Below, piece after piece: positions 26,978 to 46,029 of a DNA stretch of 64,000 bases. Position numbers and translations under genes: made by a program. Each line of letters opens with the position of its first letter. The first letter of the stretch is position 1. Source of the DNA: Eledone cirrhosa. Taxonomy: Eukaryota. The DNA lies in assembly GCA_964016885.1 (NCBI GenBank), contig OZ024751.1, forward strand, positions 17,050,001-17,114,000, given 5' to 3'. The notes under the pieces were generated by a model. That model ran no database searches and was not told the origin of the DNA. It was given only the letters and a program-made list of their open reading frames with translations.

Positions 26978-28686
26978 AGGGTTAAAATACTGGAGTGTGC
27001 TGGAGTTACACACCCTCTTCGTATTATAGAAATGACAGTAAAAGGTATAGCTCAATGTAGTTAAACAGAGCCGAAAAATTAAGGACTCATCAGGGCAATT
27101 AAAACAACAAGAAGTAATATCGGCAGATACAAGCCAGAATCTCCGAAGAATATGGAGTGTACATAAACTGAAGTATTACAAAAATATATGATAAAAATAT
27201 ATGATAATAATTACTAAGGATGTATATAACATTAAGAACCATATTACAAATATAGTCCAAAGCAAAAACTAGAGCTAAACAAATGTGGTTATATAGAGCA
27301 GGAATATTATATAATACAATATAACATACAATAATATACCTTTACCAACATTAGAATAAAAAATTACAATAAAAATCAAAAGATACAATATGCATATGTA
27401 TATATGTGCGCACACGTACACACACATACACATACAACAATACGCACATCCATCTTCCACTGCACAAATTAAACCTTCTTAAGAATTTGAATATAAAAAT
27501 AAGCATGGTAGGAATGAAAATAATAATAATAATAATACTAATACATCTACCCAATATACATGAGGTAATAATATGATATAATTATAAGTAACACATATAA
27601 TAATAAATAATACAATTATATACTATATAATACAATATAATAGAATAGATAATCTCCGGTTAATTTACACAAACAATATAGATGTCACAATAATAATATA
27701 ATAATAATAACATTTACAATATACAATATACTAACATTTATCAATGTACTCAAGTTAACAAATCGGTTCCTATTGGGTTACAGAGTAGGTGAGGAAAAAT
27801 AAATTGTACAATACCTCAAAAAACTTACAGAAGTAGAAACATCTTACATGAAGTTTAACATATCATAATTTACATATAATTAACGGTAAGTAATAAGGAT
27901 CAATATTACAATAAAAAATACAATATAATATATTCTATAAAATAAATTAATACAATATAATATATAATTACTTATAATTACAAGGTTGGTAGACAGACAT
28001 GTATATGGATGAGTGAATGAGTGCCAGACAGTGAAAATAATGCACAGTAGTATTATAATATAGAATAAAATAAATAAATAGATAGAATCAACCGGAAATT
28101 TAAAAAAACAAAAACAAACGTATACATATAGGTCTCCCATGCCGTTAAGTAGTTAAGTAAAAGCTAAGGAAAACAACCCCTGTAAATGACTCGAAAACCC
28201 TATTTGATAAATTAATATTAAAAATATTTAAACTATCTAATAAGGCAGTATAATATTGGCTATAGTTTAAGTCATTAAAGTTTATAAACGTTAATATTTC
28301 GTTCCAAATGTTTACAAGAAGGAATGAAAATGTATTATTATCATATACATAACGATATCCAAAGAACTGACTTAAGCAGAATTAAGGTAGGCTAATAGGG
28401 ACAGAAAAGAAGAAATGTATGGAGGATGCAAAGGGGCATAAAATATAGTCGATATACTATATTACATAATAGAAAGGAGTGTAAAAGAGGGGTGGGTTTA
28501 AATATAATATAATCATAGTCAATTTGGAGGGGTTGACAATAAGTTTATGTGCGCATGGGGGGGGGGGGGGTCCAAAGAGGAATCCGAATAAAGATAAAAA
28601 TAAAAATAAAAATAAGAATAAGAATAAGAGTAAAATAAAATAAATAGCGTAAAATATATAATCTTATATACATTCATAAGGTGAAA

Positions 28687-28727
28687 ATATATATATATAC
28701 ATATATAATATAATATATATATATATC

Positions 28728-28800
<73 letters not shown>

Positions 28801-28805
28801 TATAT

Positions 28806-28848
<43 letters not shown>

Positions 28849-28921
28849 ATATATATATATATCATATAATATATATATATATATATATATATCATATAAT
28901 ATATATATATATATATATATC

Positions 28922-28958
<37 letters not shown>

Positions 28959-29163
28959 TATAATATATATATATATATATATCATATAATATATATATAT
29001 ATATATATATCATATAATATATATATATATATCATATAATATATATATATATATATATATCATATAATATATATATATATATCATATAATATATATATAT
29101 ATATATATATCATATAATATATATATATATATATATATATCATATAATATATATATATATATC

Positions 29164-29196
<33 letters not shown>

Positions 29197-29197
29197 C

Positions 29198-29244
<47 letters not shown>

Positions 29245-29252
29245 TATAATAT

Positions 29253-29286
<34 letters not shown>
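28687..29286. repeat. (TA)n array with periodic CATATAA interruptions
   Basis: Direct inspection. Confidence 0.95.
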
Positions 29287-29331
29287 GTGACGAAACATAA
29301 GTCAATTGCATGAACTCATAATCCTTTATTT

Positions 29332-29387
29332 ACTGCTATATATATTTCGATGATAGCCATTGAATGGCTATGACCTCATCATGTAGT
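29332..29387 (-). ncRNA. Degenerate hammerhead (C3A), related to 53874-53928
   Basis: actac ATGATGA ggtc atagccat tca atggctat catc GAAA tatata TA gcagt aaataaa. Confidence 0.68.
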
Positions 29388-29449
29388 TAGTCAGTTCTTA
29401 CACACACACACGAAAGTATATATATATATATACTTTCGTTTGTGTGTGT

Positions 29450-30340
29450 TTTACAGCTGTTTATTTTTCAAGTTGTTCTGATTGTGTTTTTATATTCCTA
29501 TGTGAGAAGGTCTTAGGAAATATGCAAATTCCTTTGAAGCCACTGTGGTTGCTCATTATATTATTTTGTTTATCCTTCTACCTTGATGTTTGCATCTGTT
29601 TTCATTAATTCTCCGATAAACAAATGTGTATTGTTTATTTTTGTTAATATTTTAAATTTCAATTTTAACATTGGTTGTTTCATGCAACTGTTTTCGCCTT
29701 TAGATTAATATCATATTTAAAAAAACCAAACCATTTTAGGATTTTCAATTTTTAGGTTTTTCAAATTCCCCTGCGGTATTTGATTCGAATTAATGCTATC
29801 TTTTAGTAACTATTTTTTTAATACAAGCTTTTCCTGCACTACCGAGAGATTTGTTTATATTTTATTTTATATTTATTGGATATTGTTTTTATTGATCGTT
29901 CGTTCATGCTGCCGTTGTATTACCGAGCACAACAATGTGCCTCGCCTATGGACAATGTTTTTGATATTGTTGTTTCTATTGTATAGAAGCTAATCTTCAT
30001 CATATTATCACAGGGTCGAATAGCTCTATTTTCTCCACATTGTGCATACATGATAATTACATGTGTTTCACATATGTAATTATTTGCATGCATTTTTAAT
30101 CATTCCCAAAGCACGTATTATTAAGAAGTGTTGGATTGAATCCGCTTTCCATTACTCACGTCCTGCTTATATATGTTCCCATATTTTTACATTTGAATAA
30201 TTTCTCAAATTTTTTAGATATATTTTATTGTCGACCGATCCTTCGAATAGGTAGCTCTACGTTCGGGAATGTTTTGTACCAGTAATTACAATAGCTACTA
30301 AAATGTGGCACAATATATGGTAAGGGTGATGGTGCCATTT
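29450..30340 (-). pseudogene. Possible very decayed PLE RT-thumb-endonuclease remnant
   Basis: Weak motifs in the expected order: LFEGSVDN, TLSIGEAH, LFIGE. Confidence 0.3.
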
Positions 30341-30479
30341 TGATTACAGTTACAAGTCATTATTGCCAGTTGTGTGGACTGGAAAACGTAAAATAAAGTG
30401 TTGAATGCACAACATTGGGATGCCTAACCGATAAATGTAACCATACGTCATTGTAATATAGGTAGAAAAAGGGACGTGA

Positions 30480-30905
30480 GGAGATAACACATCTACAGGC
30501 TTCCCCACCAAGCTCGAGACGGTGGGGCTGGACAGAGGGGACGGCAAAAGGCCAGACGGTATGACTATCTTCCTGTTCCACGGTGGCAAAGCCCTTGTCT
30601 GGGATGCCACTTGCAGCGACACTTTTTCCAGCCGTAACCTGGTGCAGGTCGGGCTGAGAAGGCCACGTTCTCCAAGTACCGGTCGCTCTCCGACAGGTTC
30701 GCGGTCGTGCCCTTGGCAGTGGAGTCCTTGGCCCTAGGGATACCTCCCTACTCATCAACATAGGCGCTGAGCTGGCCAGCCGCAGGTGTGAGCCTGGCGA
30801 GTTGGAATGGCTCTTCCAGTGCTCCTCCCTTACCAGGGAAACGCCTTCTCCATTCTGTCCACTGGGCTGTGAGGAGGCCAGCACGTGGGACCCCATTTGC
30901 TCAAC
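30480..30905 (+). mobile_element. CRE-like non-LTR retrotransposon, restriction-like endonuclease C-terminus
   Basis: GLDRGDGKRPDGMT...LVWDATCSDT...KY...LAVES...GNAFSILSTG, frameshifted; second copy at 51524-51678. Confidence 0.8.
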
Positions 30906-31099
30906 GATACCGGCTATAAAGCCGCTTACTAACTTTAAAAGGTAGAAGCTATAGTGTATTGGTGAATGACAGGATGCAACTGGTTCCCAACCTTTTCACT
31001 ACCATTTATTTGAATTAATCTACTCCCCACGCTGGCGCTATAATTACTCTCTCTGGCAACGTTATACAGCGATAATACATATTTCTACATTATACACAG

Positions 31100-31290
31100 G
31101 GTTAGAGCTATCAAATGGGAAGTGTAAAGTCGATTATATCGATGTCAGTACTAGATTGGTATTTCATGTTAACAACTCCGGAACGATAAAAAGTAAAGTT
31201 GACCTTGGGAAGTTATGAACTCAAAACATAGGGATTCGAAACAAATGACTTAAAGATATTTATCCGATGCTGTACCTATTCTGAAAGACC
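31100..31290 (-). mobile_element. Highly diverged SINE
   Basis: gataaaaagtaaagttgaccttgg...gaactcaaaac. Confidence 0.5.
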
Positions 31291-32013
31291 CCTGTCCTGC
31301 TATACGTGATAATAAAAATTGAAAGAGAACATTTATATATTTCATAGAGGAATAAATACATATTATTGCGTGTATTGTATGTTTTTACCAACGAATTTTG
31401 TACTTAGTTTACAATTTCTAAATCCATGGAACTATAGGAGTCAGAGGACAGCCTTATGACGATATGTAGTATAGCTTAATACTAGGTATGTTCTATGATG
31501 TTGTATGATGTTTGTATGAGTAGCAGCAGAACTGATCCCGTTGTGATTACATTATTCTCTTCTGATCTCACTTAAGCCTTGTTAAGTGACTGTAGCCACT
31601 TGGAGCTGAAAGATGTTATTTTGCTTGAGAGGAATATTAGACTGTAGCGAAATATGGCTTCGTAATGTATGGAATATCACGTGTGGAGCCTTATATCTAA
31701 ATGCAAATATCCTTCAGTATGAATCCTAGAGATCGTTATGACAAATCTAGTTTCCACGTCGGTAGACTGTTATGTGTGTTTGATTATATATTTGTGTAAA
31801 CCTTTCATTTGTTATCCACATCTCCAAACGCATACACACAGAAAAATGATGATATATGAATAGATAGTTTGAAGAGGAAAATGGATTTTATTGTGGGAAG
31901 CTTTTCAAAACAACCTTTAGGCTTCAAAGTAAAGGATATATTAATATATTTCTTCACATGATAAAACATAGACAACTACGAACATATCAACATATATATA
32001 TATTTACATCTAA

Positions 32014-32307
32014 GGCGGGTAAAATTCCCGAGATCCATGGACGAATTCTCTCCAGAGGTCTCTGTCCCTCATTATCGCTGCCAGTGTCTGCGTCTCCAAC
32101 AGACCAGTGTCTGTCCTTAGGGCATCAACATACGTTAACCTTGAGCTGTATGGGAGCATCCCAAAATTCAGCTCAAAAGTGACACAGAGGAGACTGAGGT
32201 TAGCTGGACATGTTCACCGACATCTAGAGTTGACATTGCACTCAGTGCTCCTTTGGGAGCCCCTACATGGACACACTAGAAGAGGAAGACCAAGGTTAAC
32301 GTATGTT
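32014..32307 (-). mobile_element. RTE LINE 3' fragment with 5' inversion (same family as 23578)
   Basis: Minus 32014-32143 is the 3' end; plus 32143-32307 reads [23 protein letters not shown]...VLLWEPLHG...RGRPRLTYV. Confidence 0.88.
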
Positions 32308-34561
<2,254 letters not shown>

Positions 34562-34799
34562 CGGCGATGAATTAGTTTTGCGAGGTTTTTGAGGTATTAT
34601 TTTTGACCGTTGGTCAGTCAATGGCAACATTGAGGACCGAGTAAGTTAGATTACCGATATAAAATACACAGAAGCGAAAAGCGAAAACCAACCAAACAGT
34701 GAGTGTGCTCTGTTATTAATTCTGGCAATATTACACAAAGATGACCCTCCCCAAGTATAACAATATATATATATATATATATATAGTAATAATAATAAA

Positions 34800-34933
34800 T
34801 TTGAAGACTAAAATCCAAAGAGGGCTCGATAAGGATAAATATATATCTAATATATAAGAACCATAGAGTTTCAGAAGATCCCGTTAAGGGTGAAAGCAGC
34901 GATTCTTTGCTTAAACTTTAATCTGTTATTTTA

Positions 34934-34940
<7 letters not shown>
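34800..34940 (+). repeat. (TA)n-associated repeat (1813 family)
   Basis: gaagactaaaatcc...cagaagatcccgttaagggtgaaagcagcgattctttgcttaaac. Confidence 0.8.
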
Positions 34941-34978
<38 letters not shown>

Positions 34979-34984
34979 GCTAGT

Positions 34985-35315
34985 TCTCCAACCAACAACC
35001 AGACAGCCATCAAAGAACCTAGCCATGCCACAGACAACCACCCAACTAACCAGCCAACCATCCAATAAACCAGTTAACAAACCAGCCAGCCAACCAAACC
35101 AACGAACGATATAACCGCCAACTAACCAGACAACCTACCAACCAACCAACAAATCAACTAACTAAACAAGATTAACATCAACATTTCTAATGCTAATATT
35201 AATACAACAATACATACCTTCAACAATACTCAAACGGAAACCAAAACCACCGCTAGCAGAAATCAACAACAACAAAAACAACCAACTGCTGCATCACTAC
35301 CATTGACTATACCAT
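34985..35315. repeat. Degenerate (CCAA)n and (CAA)n low-complexity tract
   Basis: Direct inspection. Confidence 0.75.
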
Positions 35316-36187
35316 CGAGTGATGTTTCTATCAATAAAACCACTTTCCGAAGTTGCATCAATCAGGAAGCGTAAATCTAAAATTCCATTAAGCTTGGAAA
35401 CGACGAATGTCACCCGGGAAGAAGAATTACGGAAAAAGACAATAAATTAATGTTTCCCATTCAGCTTTCAATGTAAATCTAATATTGGAAAAGGTATATC
35501 AAATATTTTGATTCATGTTATTATTTAGTAATGGGGTGGATTTAGACAGAGGAAGTTAAAAAAAAAAAATAGAGTATATGAAAGAGTCAGAGAGACGGCT
35601 AGAAATAATAGCGAAGAGGGTAAATGGAAACGAGAGAAATAGATCAAAATAACCAAGCATGAGGTACAGAGTTCAGGAAGAGTGGGCGCTGTTGTGAAGA
35701 AGTCCGAATCAAAGGAGAAGAAAGGAAAAGGAAAATTATTTAGGAAGAAACGTAATGTAAATTTATAGAAACTTCAGTAAAAAGACGTTCAGGCAATGAG
35801 ATAATACAAAGAAGAAATACCCAACCTTGCCAACACATATACGACACACACAAGGACGTTCACACAGGCACACACACAGGTACATATTCACACACACAAA
35901 TGATTGCAAATACATAAGTGTGTGTGTCTCGCTATCTCTCTATATATGATATATATGAAGTAAATCATAGCATATATATTCATATATTAATTTTATAATA
36001 AATGCTCAGATTTCTTCCTTGGAAACTTTCTTTGAGCTTCTTCTACAAGTTGTTTGGCACATGTTTGATATTTTCTCAGACATGAAAACTATATTTATGT
36101 TAGTAACATATATATATATAGATATATGTAATAATTGATTATATAATATATATTATATATATGTGCGTGTGTGTGTGTGTGTGTATA

Positions 36188-36542
36188 ATAATTGATTGAT
36201 GAGGGTTTCTGAAAGCCTTGCAAATGGGGTCGGAACATATAAAGGGCAATGGATGAAAAATAAAGCTAAATAAAGTAGTGTTTTTCCCAGTATATTTCAA
36301 CAACATGATATTTCAGGGTTGGTACTTTTACTTTAAATGCAAAACAAAAACGATGCAAACGAAAAACACACTTAAACTCGTCAGTATTATTTTCATTTGA
36401 AAAGGGGGTATAAAACTTGAAATATCATGTTGATATATGGTGAAGAAATTACACTACTATAATTTTTTAGTTGTCATCTTTTACCTTTTATTTATTTCTA
36501 CCGCATCGTCCACGCTTTCTGAAATCCTCATCAATCAATTAT
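36188..36542. mobile_element. Imperfect fold-back / MITE-like element
   Basis: Termini ataattgattgatgagggtttctgaaagc and gctttctgaaatcctcatcaatcaattat; internal caacatgatatttca and tgaaatatcatgttg; TA-rich flanks. Confidence 0.6.
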
Positions 36543-36662
36543 TATATATCTGACTATTCTTTATAATAACTATACAATAATGTATATATAGATATATAGA
36601 TATATGTATATACCTATACACACATATATTAATATATATATTCACATATATATATATATATA

Positions 36663-36912
<250 letters not shown>

Positions 36913-36927
36913 TATACATATATATAC

Positions 36928-37530
<603 letters not shown>

Positions 37531-37537
37531 TATATAC

Positions 37538-37578
<41 letters not shown>

Positions 37579-37678
37579 ATCTTATATATTATGTATACTC
37601 CAGTCCTACAAACTGTAGAGTGCTTCTTATCCGATATCTGCATTGCTTTATCGTACTACAATAAAACTTACCTCCTAC

Positions 37679-37763
<85 letters not shown>

Positions 37764-37764
37764 T

Positions 37765-38169
37765 AAAAGCAATTGGTATCATTGGTATTTCATCGCTTTA
37801 AAGACCATATACCTCCGGTTGGTGCGAGAAACGGTTTAAAAAAGCCGCTGGGACACGTAAATAAAGGGGATACGAGAGTGTAAACAAACAAAGATGGTGA
37901 AGCAACGAAAAGTGAGGAAGAAAGAGTCAAGTCCCAAATTTCCATGAATATAAGTTGGGTGAAATCGTGAACGAGAGAGAATAAAGACCATCAAACCTGG
38001 TTGGAATGTGAACAAGGAAGGAATTCCGTACAGGTCTAACGGGAGGAAGAAGGAATCTAGTCTGTGAATTCGGTGAACATAAGTTCTGTGAAATCGTAGA
38101 CGAGAGAGAGAAAAAAAGCAAACCTGTCTGACCAAGGGTGCGAAAGAAAAGAATTACGCACAGGTCAAT

Positions 38170-38170
<1 letters not shown>
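37765..38170 (-). repeat. Unclassified repeat with an internal duplication of about 130 bp
   Basis: gaggaagaa...ataagtt...gtgaaatcgt...cgagagaga occurs twice; shares gaaatcgtagac with the reverse complement near 59024. Confidence 0.5.
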
Positions 38171-40525
<2,355 letters not shown>

Positions 40526-40663
40526 GAGAGTATTGAAGTTTGCTTGAAGCATTGTGGAATAATAAGTAAATATCTTTAAGTCGTTTGGAAGCCTCGACAA
40601 TGCAAATGGGTAAATCTCCGGGTAACAAGGTCCGGTGGTGGAGAGAGAGATGTAAGTGGGTGT

Positions 40664-40727
<64 letters not shown>

Positions 40728-40777
40728 ATATATATCTATATATATATATATAATCTATATATATATATATATATATA

Positions 40778-41527
40778 ATATTAATAGAAACAACACATTC
40801 TTAAACAAACTTAACTCACCTATTAAAGGATTCAATACAAACAGTAAAATGATTGTACATGCAGATAAAACTAATAATATATAGAGCATAGATTATGATA
40901 CATATAGAAAATTTATATATAAAGAACTACAGAGGAGCTATAAGAAAACTACTATTAAAACCTAGAAGATATTAATTTAGAAGGCCGTAATATAGTGTCT
41001 AAATTGGGACTTCAGTGGCATACACATCCATACACCTCTAACCCCCCAAGATTCTCTCTGAAGGACCATAAGGAAGATATCATTAGGAACCCTTCGATAA
41101 GATTAATCTGCCCTTCCAAATCTGACATTGGCATTATCAGTAAGAAAATTTTAGATAAAATCATCCCACAGATTAAGCACAAAAATACCTTAAACAGTGG
41201 GGAAATACAGGTGAAGTTATTGAATGGTTTAAGGTTATTGAAGAGAACAAAAAAAAATAATTATACAGTTTGATATCAATTCATACTACACCTCTATTTC
41301 CCCTATCCTATTAAATAAGGCACTCATTATGGCCATGAACAATAGTGACCTGACTAAATCCCACATTTGATGATCAGTTATGGACCCGCAAGGATACGCA
41401 TAACAACTTTGACATAACTATGGGATCTAGTGACTCGGCGCAAGTCACTGATTTGGTTGGCTTATATCTACTAAATGAAATCCATAAAGACCTACCATAC
41501 CTCAACGGTGGTTTATACCGCGATGAT
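40778..41527 (+). pseudogene. Hydra-like PLE reverse transcriptase fragment
   Basis: ADKTNNIY, SLKDHK...RLICPSKSDIGIISKKILD, QW...VIEWF, QFDI...Y.SI, FDITMGSSDSAQVTDLVGLYLL, GLYRDD; frameshifted and cut at YRDD. Confidence 0.85.
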
Positions 41528-44500
41528 ATTAGTTAACTGGAAAGTTTGTTGAAATGAATATCAAGCCACTACATGCAGCCTCAGATATTCAGTACATATG
41601 GGAGGGTTCTTGCTGTTCCCAGCAAGCATGCCTTTTGTAGTGTTCCAAAAAGCGGGGCGGGGCCAATCTTCTTTAACCATCCCTGGAAACTCTTTGTGAT
41701 AGTATCTAGTGCGCCTATGACAATCGCGACCACTTTGACTTCATGGCAGTCCCAAATCCTTTTTACCTCCCACTTTATGTCCTGGTATCGGTTAATTTTC
41801 TCCCTCTCCTTCTCTTGCACTCTCGTGTCGAATGGGCAGGCCACATCCACAATCAGGCACGATCTTTTTTCTTTGTCCAAAACCACCAGGTCAGGTCTAT
41901 TGTGTTCCAGTTCCTTGTCCGTCTGTATCCTAAAATCCCACAGCACCTTCACCTGATCGTTTTCTATCACCGACTCTGGCTTATGTTCATACCACTTCTC
42001 AGAATGTGGTAAATTGTTTACTTTGCATAGGTGCCAGTGGATCACCCTGCCTATCACATCATGTCTCCAGCCTTTATAGTGAGTCTGGGCTAGGTGTTTA
42101 CACTCGGATACAATGAGAGCCACAGTCTCCTCTCTCTCACTCCACAGATCCTTCACATGGGCTAGCCTCCTCCTTGTAAATATGGTGTATCAGCCACTTC
42201 GTTTTGAAGGCCGGCTCTTGCGCAGCCATTAGCATTCCTTCTGTAGCCTTTTTAAGGACTCCTCTTTTCAACCAGTTCCATGTCTGTGGATCTCTGAATT
42301 CAGTTTTCTCAAAGAAGGTACTATGAAGGGACTTTTCATGAAGGTTGCTCTTTCTCCTTGTTGTTATTTCCTCCTTGGACATTCCCTGGTCTCTTTTCCT
42401 CTCCTTCAGTACGATTCTGAGCATTGGCTCCTTACTATCAGTCACGTATTTGTGTAGGTTGTTTTTCTCCATCTGAACACAGTCCTCTATGCTGATAAGA
42501 CCTCTTCCACCTTCAGATCACCTTCAGTAGAGTCTATCGACATCACTCCTCTTGTGGAACATGTTGTAGATAGTCATTAACTTCCTAGTCTTCCTATCCA
42601 TTTCTTTTTGTTCAGCAACATTCCATCTAAGAATTCCCGCACTGTACCTAATAATAGACATTATGGAATTTACAGACACTCGGGAATTTACTGCACTTAT
42701 GGCATTCCTACTGTTCAGATGTGACTTTAATACGCTCCTTACTCTCCGAATGTATTCAGATCTTATCAATTCCTTCATTTTTTTGTTCTTGATGTCATCT
42801 GCCTCCAGAACACGCAAATACTTGTATCCTTCTTCAGTGTCAATTTCCTTTATCATCTCACCTGTTGGTACCTGGATTCCGTTGCTTCTGCTCAATTTAC
42901 CCCTCTTCATCACTAGGACTCTACACTTACTAATACCAAATTGCATATATATATCATTGTTGAAAATACGGACAGTGTCAACAAGCACATCCAACTCCTT
43001 CTCACTCTTCCCGAAGAGCTTAAGATCGTCCATGAAAAGGAGGTGATTGATGATAAGCTCTCCCTTTCCCGACTTGTATCCTGCTCTCACTTTTCGCAGT
43101 ATAATGGTCAGGGGCATCAAGGCAAGGACAAACAACAGAGGGGACAGACTATCTCCCTGGAAGATAACTCTCTTGATCTTCACGCCTCCCACGGGTTCTC
43201 CAGCTGATGTTAACTCTGTTTTCCAGGACTTCATACTTTTGCTCAACAACTGTCTGATGTTATCTGCCACCTTGAAGATCTCTAGGCTTTTGGTAATCCA
43301 AGAATGAGGCACCATGTCAAATGCCTTTTAGTAGTCTATCCATCCCATGGCAAGACTAGTGTGTCTCCTCTTGCAATTCCTCATTACCATCTTATCAATA
43401 AGTAACTGGTCCTTTGTACCACGGGACTTATTTCGGCATCCTTTCTGTTCGTCCGGTAACAAGTTGTTTGTGTGGAGGTGATGGTCGATTTCCTGAGACA
43501 CAATGCTTGTCGACAGTTTCCACATTACGGACAGACATGTGATAGGTCTATAGTTGGTAACATCATTACCCTTGATTTGGTCTTTCATTACCAGAACTGT
43601 GGTACCTTTCGTCAACCACTCTGGTACTTCACCTGATATCAAACAGTCATTGAACATGGTTGTCTGTTTCGGGTGGAGGGATGTTATATTTTTAATCCAA
43701 TACCCCTGCACACCATCTGGGCCTGGTGATTTTCAGTTGGTTAGTTTTTTGGCCTGCCCCTTAAGAGTTTCAACTATGATACTCAAATCAGTTTGTTTGT
43801 GTGCCTGTTCACTGATCTCCTTTTGTACTGTCTCAATCCACACTGCCTGTTCATTATGTTTAACATCCTGCTCCCATATTCCTCTCCAGAATGTCTTACT
43901 TTGTTCCGCCTCAGGGATCAAGTCGTTGCCTCTTTCTTTCCCTTCAAGCTGTCCAAACAACATCTTCTGGTTGTTGTCAAACATGCGGTTCTGTCTATAT
44001 TGACTGACTCTGCTCTCGTATCGCCTAATTTTTGCACTCTTTGCTACAATGCGTTGCTTCAGTTCCCCTGTTATAATATTTAGCTTTTTCCTCCTAGTTT
44101 TGTACTTTATTTCCAGTCTATTTTTAGTGTCTATGTTTTTTAATGTCCCAATCAGTATGGACTCAAGATTTCCAATGTAATTTCTCATTTCCCTGATTTG
44201 ACCATTCAGTCGTTTCTTCCACCAAGATTCTGATCTTTCTTTGTTGTTTCCTCTCGCTTTTATGCCAAGTAATTTCGTAATTTCCTCACCGCATTTGCTG
44301 TGGTGAAGGCTCTTCGCCTCAAGGTATGGAATGACTTTGTTTACTTTAGCTGTTGTTTCTTTTAACTTTTCCTGACTACAAATCTTAGGTTCATAGGTTT
44401 CTCACTATCATTGTTCATTTCATCTACCACTAAGTTTAGGATATCAACCAAATCTTGCCCTAGCCCGTCAGCATTCATCTCCCCAATGGCCGTATCTTTG

Positions 44501-45125
44501 TTCCAGGTATTATTTATTTCAGAATTCAGATCATTGTCTGAATTCAGATCATTCAGAATTCAGATCATTGTCTGCTTCGAATGCTTCCTCCGTTCTCTCA
44601 ACCTCTTCACTTTCATTTCCCACTGGCTCGTTTGCCTGGCATACTCCACTCTCCATTTCCAACCTAATCTCTCTGCTCATTTCCTCCAGTTACAGCTCGC
44701 TTATCCACCCATTAGTTCTTATTACCCGAGCCTGCCCGGCCAATTTTTGTTCATCTAATTTAAATAGACCAATCTCGTTCCAGATGTTATGCATCCGTTT
44801 CCTATAGCCTTTTTCCTTGGGGTTACTCTTCAGGTAACATTGCATAACAGTTCTATTCAATTATTTCATCCAGTTGGTTCTGGTCTCTTTCCTTCTTCTT
44901 CTTCCTCCGACACCAGCAGTATTTGGTTGACAGCCAGGTCCCTGCTGCCGAGCCAGAGAGCACCTGCTGGGTGAGAGTCTGTCACATGACATTCCAGTCT
45001 CCACTTCACCGTTATTCGAACTGTTTAGGTTCGACATTTAAACACTCTTATCGAGGATTGGTGAATGTATGGTTACATAACCAACGGTGATTTCCTCACC
45101 TCCGGTGATTTGATGACACCCCCTA
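41528..45125 (-). mobile_element. Near-full-length decayed R4/Dong-clade LINE (RT plus restriction-like endonuclease)
   Basis: N-terminal MQCYLKSNP...GYRKRM...EQKLAGQAR; NYRPITCL, EQKG, WIDY, FQGDSLSPLLF, HLLFMDDLK, YKYL; RHD, LWD...TD...NRPDLV...DVACP...KE.EK..RY; several frameshifts and stops. Confidence 0.93.
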
Positions 45126-45567
45126 CCTCGGTGATTTTAGCGTGGCACTATCACGCTGTAGACGAACATAAATAAACAAACAAACAAATAGGTAAAAACA
45201 AAAAAAGATGAGCATAAGTTTCATTGTAATGTAATGTTTGAATGTCTGACTTAGTTTTTTTGCTCGTCTGTCTGTCTGTTTGTTTTTCTTTTCTTTTTTA
45301 TTTTCTTTACGTTTTTCGTTGCTGCTGTGCTGTTTTGATTTTGATTTTAGATTTTTTTGATTTTTTGACCGGGTCATCAAATCAGTCTATTTATATCTTT
45401 TGATGCCTTCCTCATTTAGAGGGAATACTACGATGCCTGTCTTAGCAGGAGGTAGTGGGAGAGAATAGCGGCGGTAGCGATAATGAGGCAGTAGCGGTGG
45501 TGGTGATGTGCTAGTAGTACTTAACAGGAGGTAGTGGGAGATTATTATTATTATTATTATTATTATT

Positions 45568-45979
45568 AAAGACAGACACTTTTCTCTTCGGCCAATCCCT
45601 CATCAACTTCTTCAAGTTTCACCTGGAAAGGAAGGTGAGGGTGGAGAGAGAAGTGCTGCCACCCAGTACATTTGCTAAAAGGTGGGTGACCATGCGCCTA
45701 TAGGCTAGCTAACTTGAGGAGAGGGGTGCTCTCCCTAGGTGCCCTAGAAGCGCAGGGTGGTTCAGGATTGGTGGAGTACCCAAATCACCCCAGGGTCGTC
45801 CACCCCCTATCGGGGAATTTATTTTGTTATATTTATGCATAGTTTATTTTATATTTTATATTTTCATTGTTAAATTAGTCTTGCCATTGTGCACTTTTAC
45901 TCGACCTTATTGTAAACCCCCACTGTCCCTATCTTTGTATTGTCCCCTACATGTCGGCCCTTGTGGCTAATAAATGAAA

Positions 45980-46029
<50 letters not shown>
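45568..46029 (+). mobile_element. L1/Tx1-like LINE 3' end with (TTA)n tail
   Basis: FLFGQSLINFFKFHLERKVRVEREVL...RWV, aataaa and (TTA)n; homologous to 50536-51072. Confidence 0.7.

Noticed and set aside
45060-45385. HDV-like ribozyme at the Dong 5' end; 11-bp inverted repeat 45107/45373
   Set aside because: Could not fold a nested double pseudoknot; the repeat is too short to interpret
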